Virus record (IMG/VR): IMGVR_UViG_3300005573_000188 | Location: 1-36,480 of that record | DNA from: a virus | Lineage: Duplodnaviria; Caudoviricetes | Length of the DNA stretch: 36,480 nucleotides | Strand: one strand, 5' to 3' | Part shown: one piece after another, positions 31,701 to 36,480 of the stretch | Layout of the letters: each line of letters opens with the position of its first letter | Position numbering within the stretch: the first letter of the stretch is position 1 | The notes under the pieces: generated by a model | The model's input: only the letters and a program-made list of their open reading frames with translations | What the model was told of the DNA's origin: nothing | Databases searched by the model: none | Position numbers and translations under genes: made by a program

Positions 31701-33752
31701 CTTTCCGAGCGAGACATACGTCTGGTTGTCCGAGGAGACGTAAATTTCGCATCCGCCCCATGCGGACTGATTGCCGGCCACCGCGATCTGCAGGTAGTTG
31801 GCTTGCGGGTCGGAGCCGAGCGCGGGCGTCTCGAAGATCACCGGGTAGGTGTTGCCCGGCAATGCCTGGGAAAGTGTCGGCTGGAAGCTGGTCGGGGACT
31901 GCTTGGGGTAGACCGTGACATCGGCGGTTCCGTAGTTCCACTGCTCGGCCTCGATGGCGAGAACACCGCCCGGGCCGTCGTCCACCTGAGTGATGCGGAC
32001 ATTCTCGCCGGTCGGTAGTACCAGCAAATCCATGGGTTCGAGATAGCTGAAGGTGAACGGCAGCGACATCTTGTACGTGTTGCGGATGTAGCACTCGCGG
32101 TTCAGGCGGTGCTTGAGCGCCCAGCTCGCGCTTGCGCTGTTGGTAATCCAGTCCCAGTTCTGCGGCGACTCAATGCGCTGCCCGTATTTGTCGATAAACG
32201 CATCGTTCTGCTCGTTGATGAGTTCGAGGTTATAGTCGTTCTCTCGGTTGGTCCACTGCGCCTGCACGTAGTTCCAGCAGTCCTGCGGGGCCTTCTGCGA
32301 AACCTGCAGCACGTCGGTACTCGTACTCGATCCGGCACCGCTGCTGCCGCCGGGCGCGAGCAGATCATCCCATGTCAGCGTAGCCGCCGGAGTCGTCGGA
32401 GGAGTGTAGGTGTAGCCGTTCCCGACAGCCGTGGTGTCGCCGTAGGGAACCATCTTCAGCATGCCGCCGGAGAAGAATGCTGCGACGTTGCCGGTCTCGA
32501 TGACCCGCGAAAGCGCATCGGAGACGGATGTCTGCGTGTCCAGAGTCACAGATCCGAGGTAGCCATGCGCGGCCCAGTAGGCGTAGCAGTCCGTCCATGC
32601 GTCTATATTCTCCGAGGGGAATCCCACGCCGAGGAACGCGTCGTCAAGCAGCGTGCGGAAGGCATCGCAGAAGTGCGCGTCAAGACCGCCGCCCGGGAAA
32701 ACCTCAAGGCCGACCACCTCGTAGTTGTAGCTGGGGAGCACACCGCTGCTGCCGAGCGCCATGGGGTTTGCGCCCACGTAGCAGATTCCGGTGTAGCCGA
32801 AGGCCGACGACGCGTACTTCGACTGCATGTAGGACCAGGGCGACTGCCCGAGGGTTCCACCAAAGAAGGTGACGTTGAGTTTCGTGGTGTTGGTGATCGA
32901 CGTGTCCGACGAGTAATAGGTGTATTTGATGTAGACGTACACCCCCGCGAGGCTCGACGAGAAGGTGTAGACGCCGCCGCTCTCGGTGTAGTCGGTGCCC
33001 TCGACAAGGGCCGCGCCGGTATCCACGCGGTAGACGCCGTTGTCTTTCTGGAAGTATTGCTGATGGTTGGTCGAGACCTGATAGGGCGACGCCAGCGGAA
33101 CTTCAGCGGCCTGCGTGTCCTCGAAGTAGTAGAGCGAGAAGACGGCGCTGTAGCTGATGGTGACTTGAGTCCCGGCGTCCGCGCTCGCAAAGGTGTAGTT
33201 GGTCCCGTCGAAAGTGTACTGGCCCGCGCCCGGCGTCCCGGTCGTCTGCTCCATCGCAACCGACTGTGTACCAGATATGGTGCGCTGCCCCCCGCTGCCG
33301 TAATCGTTCGCCACCACGGAATAGGGGGCGCTCTTCGTCACCCCGAGATTCATCTGAATAGGAGCCGAGCCAGTCGCAGGCGCAACCGTGCCGCCGCCGG
33401 ACGGGATGGTGTAGACGTAGGAACCGCTCTGGTTTTGGAGCTTGCCCTGCTGGTCCCACACGTTCAGGATGCCTTGGCACCCGCCGGACGCACTGCCCGA
33501 GGCGAGTGCCCCAATCAGGTCCGCGTAGTAGTCGTAGTTCGTGTTCGACTTGCCGCCGCCGAGTCCTTTGCCGCCGGAATTAGGCGCAACCACGCCGTAG
33601 AAACCGCCGTAAAAGAGCAGCTTGGCCGCCACGCGGCGCGTTCCGAAGATGATAGGCGCAGTCGTCCCGAAGACGGCTTGAGTGAGCTGGAGGTTGTGCA
33701 GCTCGCCGGAATACCGCGCCTGCCCGTAATTATTGGGTCCGAGAATCCCCAT
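28782..33752 (-). CDS. Tail tip/host-specificity protein with C-terminal receptor-binding modules
   Basis: Phage-tail_3-like core (NYVQAQW..LEPMDLL..LTYLRRGVHGT), FN3-like region, then CBM4/9-like (NLVPDSDF..PQLEVGSVATAY) and knob-like (YKRSG..WNAW) modules. Confidence 0.85.
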   Translation of the reverse strand: MGILGPNNYGQARYSGELHNLQLTQAVFGTTAPIIFGTRRVAAKLLFYGGFYGVVAPNSGGKGLGGGKSNTNYDYYADLIGALASGSASGGCQGILNVWDQQGKLQNQSGSYVYTIPSGGGTVAPATGSAPIQMNLGVTKSAPYSVVANDYGSGGQRTISGTQSVAMEQTTGTPGAGQYTFDGTNYTFASADAGTQVTISYSAVFSLYYFEDTQAAEVPLASPYQVSTNHQQYFQKDNGVYRVDTGAALVEGTDYTESGGVYTFSSSLAGVYVYIKYTYYSSDTSITNTTKLNVTFFGGTLGQSPWSYMQSKYASSAFGYTGICYVGANPMALGSSGVLPSYNYEVVGLEVFPGGGLDAHFCDAFRTLLDDAFLGVGFPSENIDAWTDCYAYWAAHGYLGSVTLDTQTSVSDALSRVIETGNVAAFFSGGMLKMVPYGDTTAVGNGYTYTPPTTPAATLTWDDLLAPGGSSGAGSSTSTDVLQVSQKAPQDCWNYVQAQWTNRENDYNLELINEQNDAFIDKYGQRIESPQNWDWITNSASASWALKHRLNRECYIRNTYKMSLPFTFSYLEPMDLLVLPTGENVRITQVDDGPGGVLAIEAEQWNYGTADVTVYPKQSPTSFQPTLSQALPGNTYPVIFETPALGSDPQANYLQIAVAGNQSAWGGCEIYVSSDNQTYVSLGKVKASGTTGILSAPLASGSDPDTTDTLSVDLSISGGSLVSATQAQADAFATLAAIVDASGAVELVSFETANLTGANRYNLTYLRRGVHGTAIAAHAIGAEFSFLGTAGVFQYDFPNQYIGVPLYFKFTSFNQAGNQEQSLSGVRAYTFTPSGTAYNVPAPGNLAIEDDSTTVQTLADGTTVPRLLVTWTAPDDSYVTSGGKIEVQYQFDTNAGVIEPVILSPTFNPVTNTYSSEWIDAGAVSGSATYKFINGISTGQYQNIGVRVRSVRSNGSFSLWNTVTNHPLSIAYPRWPVFGSGGNGPVLTYGSGGPYVFDLQPAQAGADVTSLNTAKDTSLVDGVPSTTINLASTGTQTNLVPDSDFVFGFTYWPTGYNRGYAVISNGAGASGGNAVTASGTGSPHNFNFYSKYIPVTAGVTYTISCYMDATNITSGQALHIDVISPGNTLFYVLSQPPGKKGRVSGTFTVPSGVSEVQVVLDADNATWPTNTNILWSNPQLEVGSVATAYKANLADFTSGYLLAGASQIDLSSSIHLNKTANYITYTAGGTVDSLKPAQAGADVTGANHALALKVQDHRTTNDLPSYYRGLGIGFYSEFKEQSVINGPDVSTYVMLYSEVSWTDTSGGPIVQWYTDGTSNNTYKRSGNGTDSAWNAWIRIQAGADVTSQNTAALTSSLSNHTLDNLSDGTNYTRVSASAFQTPNTQFVHSAMSQETQGAIDALSNLQLKNKFQGSYQGQHSLPSSLATLPANQGAGLVTPSSSGSTPTDLAVTFTSNGNMLLISCNVFVESATQGGQVSSIAYSGSASYVVSGSGAPPDFPSITITGDGTGATAQFTHSVVTSGRFDAVTGQYIITSTTYTINGINISNSGSGYTSATASFSVPSDWTNNSLTAGAVSLTTATSTTNQPFAFGFVVDGSLYTQPKIQYTDGNGIGNYTFTTLLSLNAASHTIELQGYTTSSDAVYVTQAGLNLVELG

Positions 33753-33754
33753 GC

Positions 33755-34210
33755 TTAACTCGCCTTCCAGAGGGTGAAATATCTGCGGCTGAACGCGCCC
33801 AGCTTGCCGTCGTCCACGTTGCCCATCTGGCAACCGTGAATCGGCATGATATGAATGATTCGCGGCCATTCCAGCACCAGGGCCGCGTGCCCATGCGCCA
33901 TGCCGGACTTGTAGAGAATCACGTCGCCGGTCTTTACCTCAGACTCGTAGATCTCCTTCGCGCCGTAGGCTTCGAGGTAGGCAATCAGCCGTTCCTCTTT
34001 GCTGTGCGTGGCAAGCTGCGGAGTGAACCAACGCGGATGCGGAGCTTCGGCAGGGATGGCTCCGGCGTTCTGGCCCACCCTGAACAGGAACATGGCACAG
34101 TTACTCCCGGCTCCCTTCACGCCCCCGTTGGCGTGGTAGGGTGTGCCGATCCACTCCATCGCTTCCCGGGCAATCGCCGAGCGGAACTCGTCTTCTGTCA
34201 TGGTTCTCAC
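33755..34210 (-). CDS. NlpC/P60 tail-associated peptidase
   Basis: WIGTPYH..GSNCAMF, GDVILY..HGHAAL..IIH. Confidence 0.88.
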   Translation of the reverse strand: MRTMTEDEFRSAIAREAMEWIGTPYHANGGVKGAGSNCAMFLFRVGQNAGAIPAEAPHPRWFTPQLATHSKEERLIAYLEAYGAKEIYESEVKTGDVILYKSGMAHGHAALVLEWPRIIHIMPIHGCQMGNVDDGKLGAFSRRYFTLWKAS

Positions 34211-35157
34211 CCAATCGCCGTTTCCGGCACCGGCGTATCCGGCTGCCCGCCGTAATGGAGCATCGCGTTTGTGGACCCCTGCAGGTCGCTGCAGGAGGCG
34301 AGCGTCTTGTTACAGCCCTGTGAGACGCTGAAGGTGTCTCCGGCCTGAACCGGGAAGATCGGCTCCACGTCAAGCTGGAAATCGTCGCTGCTCGTGCCCG
34401 GCGTCCACGCCCGCACGAAAGACGAAAGTCCTGAGTTTGCGCCTGAGGTCCAAGTCAAAATGCCGAGGGCGAACGTTCCGGCGGATGATACCGGCGCTAT
34501 GTGCGCGGAGCTGGTGAACAGGTACGGGTATGTGACAGCGCCAACGGTGCCCGTCTTGGTAAAGTTTGCCGCCGATAGCGTGCAGCCCACATCGTAGAGC
34601 GTGTGCGAGCAGGATGCCTGAAAGACGCGGCGGGGCACCTGGATATTGAGCATGTAGAGCATGTCCTGCACGGTGACCGTAGCCTTGGTCATGCCGAGGT
34701 CCGAGATGTTCGCCACCTGGCCCACGAACTTCGTCTCCACCAGAGAGCCGCCCGTGGGTCCGGTCGTCGCCGGGAAGGCGTAGCCGGGCAGGTAGTCGCT
34801 GTTGTAGAGCGCATAGATCGTCACGTCCGCGTCGCCCATCAGCCCAAACTTGATGCCGTCCATCAGCAGCGCCGCCGAGTCCGTGCCGGGGAAGTAGACC
34901 GGAATCTGGTTGTCGGCGAAGACGGTCAAGTCTACCGAGTTCGATTCGAGGCCTATCTTGGTGGTGATGGTTCCGCGCGACCACGATCCAAACTTCGACG
35001 GATGGTAGGTGTTTCCGCTGAACAGCACCGGGCGCTGGCCCGTAGTGGCGTAGATCGTCTGGCCATTGGCGAGCGGCCCGATGGAGAACAGCTCGATGCG
35101 TTCGATGGGAACGCCGGATGCGAGCAGCGCCTTGAGGTCTGCCGAGTAATCCTTCAT
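34207..35157 (-). CDS. DUF2163/BR0599-like baseplate hub protein
   Basis: PRRVFQASCSHTLYDVGC..GDTFSVSQGCNKTLASC..YGGQP Cys pattern. Confidence 0.85.
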   Translation of the reverse strand: MKDYSADLKALLASGVPIERIELFSIGPLANGQTIYATTGQRPVLFSGNTYHPSKFGSWSRGTITTKIGLESNSVDLTVFADNQIPVYFPGTDSAALLMDGIKFGLMGDADVTIYALYNSDYLPGYAFPATTGPTGGSLVETKFVGQVANISDLGMTKATVTVQDMLYMLNIQVPRRVFQASCSHTLYDVGCTLSAANFTKTGTVGAVTYPYLFTSSAHIAPVSSAGTFALGILTWTSGANSGLSSFVRAWTPGTSSDDFQLDVEPIFPVQAGDTFSVSQGCNKTLASCSDLQGSTNAMLHYGGQPDTPVPETAIG

Positions 35158-35164
35158 GATTGCC

Positions 35165-35836
35165 TCACAGATTGACGGTTTGGAGCTTGAGTGACGACAG
35201 CTCCCAAAGCTGGTAGAGCAGCTCGTTCATGTCGAGCACATCGTCGGCGAACCGGCACAGGTAGCTGTAGTCGCCCGCCCACGAAAGGACCGCGCCGGAT
35301 GCCGGAGCCGCGTCGAACGTGATCTCAGCCGGAAAGTTCGACAGCGTGTAGCCGGAGGACGCCACCAGCGCGCCGTTGTTGTAGACGCCGCCCATCAGGG
35401 TCACATTCTGGATCATCTCGCAGAGGGTAACGTTCCCGCCCCCGAAGGCCGAGGTCGAGCGCCAGAGCGGAAAGACGGTCGTCACGCCGTCGCCGATGCC
35501 AAAGAATCCGTTGCTCAGTTTCGTGGTGTCTTCCACAACGCTCATATTGGCGAGATGATATTGCGACGGGTCGAACGTGAAATATCCGTAACCACCCCGG
35601 TTGGCTTCGTAGAACTCCTGCAGGTAGGCCGCATCATCGCTGTAGCTCGTGCCCACGTTCGCCAGCCCGTTGAAGGTCAACTCCAGCTCATAGACGACGC
35701 CAGCCTGAAGCGTGGCCGATGCCGGGCGCCGCTGTGACTGCGGCATCTGAAGGATGGTCGAGAACTGGGAACGCTTGGCGAAGTTCCATCCCAGCCCAGC
35801 GGAGGGAAGGACCAGGTTGGGGAAACTCAGCGACAT
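35165..35836 (-). CDS. DUF2460-like distal tail protein
   Basis: FYEANRGG..F.FDP, GIGDGVTTVFPL, ITFDAAPASGAVLSWAG.Y..CRF.DD. Confidence 0.8.
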   Translation of the reverse strand: MSLSFPNLVLPSAGLGWNFAKRSQFSTILQMPQSQRRPASATLQAGVVYELELTFNGLANVGTSYSDDAAYLQEFYEANRGGYGYFTFDPSQYHLANMSVVEDTTKLSNGFFGIGDGVTTVFPLWRSTSAFGGGNVTLCEMIQNVTLMGGVYNNGALVASSGYTLSNFPAEITFDAAPASGAVLSWAGDYSYLCRFADDVLDMNELLYQLWELSSLKLQTVNL

Positions 35837-35904
35837 GATGCCTCCGTAGGGTTTGCCGGTAATTTCGGTTCCGGTGGTAAACTTCTCGGCGAAAGGGAAA
35901 GGCT

Positions 35905-36480
35905 ATGAAAAAGTGGATTCTTTTGTCTGTTGTGGTGGTGATGGTGGCGAATGTCGGCTTTGCTCAGTCTTGGGTGCGCCCTTCCGTCCAGTCCATCCAG
36001 AGCGCCCTTGACGCAGGATTCAGCGGTCATCCGCCAGCAGGAAAGCAGCGCTATCGCTATTTTCGTCACGGACTCGGTTGGACGGCATCGTCTGGGATGG
36101 AGCTTCAGTACGTCAGAGTCGTCCCCCCTCTTTATTGCGCTTTCCAAGCCGGTAAGCTGGCGCGGATGGACCTGCGGCCTGAGCCGAGCGCGAGTCTCAC
36201 ACGGGCCGCTTGCGACGGTTTCCTGGCTGTGGAAGTGCGCCACTTCTCCGCCGCGTTGGGGGCGAATTGGGCAGCGGCGATCCGGGGGAACGGCAAAATG
36301 CTCCGGGCCGTCCAGCAGTATCCTGATCGTCTCCCGGTTCCTATTGAATACTACCCGTGGAGCGGCCCGGTTTATGGCTATAGCTATTTTGACCAGTATT
36401 CCTTCCGGCTGACTTCGCCTCCGAATAAAGGGGATGTCCTGATCCTTTCAAGCGGCCTCGGGAAGCGGCACATGATTAAA
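35905..36480 (+). CDS. Secreted/periplasmic hypothetical protein (212 aa when joined to 122-184)
   Basis: MKKWILLSVVVVMVANVGFA|QS signal peptide, purine-rich SD, TGG-TAAACT extended -10-like element at 35875-83, open through the junction. Confidence 0.75.
   Translation, partial: MKKWILLSVVVVMVANVGFAQSWVRPSVQSIQSALDAGFSGHPPAGKQRYRYFRHGLGWTASSGMELQYVRVVPPLYCAFQAGKLARMDLRPEPSASLTRAACDGFLAVEVRHFSAALGANWAAAIRGNGKMLRAVQQYPDRLPVPIEYYPWSGPVYGYSYFDQYSFRLTSPPNKGDVLILSSGLGKRHMIK
36360..36480. repeat. Terminal direct repeat, copy 2
   Basis: Identical to 1-121. Confidence 0.97.

Noticed and set aside
32109-33758. Long plus-strand ORFs (549 aa here; also 5477-6769, 6985-8187 and 22567-23628)
   Set aside because: They are antisense shadows of GC-rich minus-strand genes and have no recognisable motifs.
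33755-35836. Gene transfer agent
   Set aside because: The DUF2460-DUF2163-NlpC/P60-tip order is GTA-like, but it sits in a circular genome with its own replication, packaging and lysis genes.
36360-36480. 121-bp terminal repeat as a biological direct terminal repeat
   Set aside because: It falls in the middle of a gene far from terS, and its length fits an assembler k-mer overlap. It shows circularity only.

Overview
The window is a complete, circularly assembled tailed-phage genome of about 36,359 bp. Bases 1-121 are repeated exactly at 36360-36480. It has a long non-contractile tail with a GTA-like tail tip. There are three main transcription units. (i) A leftward late operon starts near 14.4 kb: terS, terL, portal fused to a Mu gpF-like head protein, prohead protease/scaffold, major capsid, neck, tail tube, frameshifted tail chaperones and tape measure. 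It continues across the junction through DUF2460, DUF2163, NlpC/P60, tail tip/fibre, fibre chaperone, GH108 endolysin and small membrane proteins. (ii) A leftward early/middle operon starts near 25.3 kb: HTH protein, putative annealing protein plus exonuclease, KTSC fusion, cold-shock protein, pseudo-receiver, DUF1376 replication initiator with iterons, and RusA. (iii) A short rightward unit at 14.6-16.7 kb has small genes in repeat-bounded cassettes, followed by a C5-methyltransferase-like gene. I recognise no integrase, CI-like repressor, ParA/ParB, tRNA or CRISPR array. The most notable observations are the repeat-bounded cassette array behind an operator-containing sigma70 promoter, a chromosomal-type parS palindrome just upstream of the endolysin, an A9 slippery tract at the portal/gpF junction, an antisense secreted-protein gene spanning the assembly junction, and host-regulator look-alikes that tentatively point to an Acidobacteriota host. 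All family assignments come from motif recognition by eye, not from database searches.
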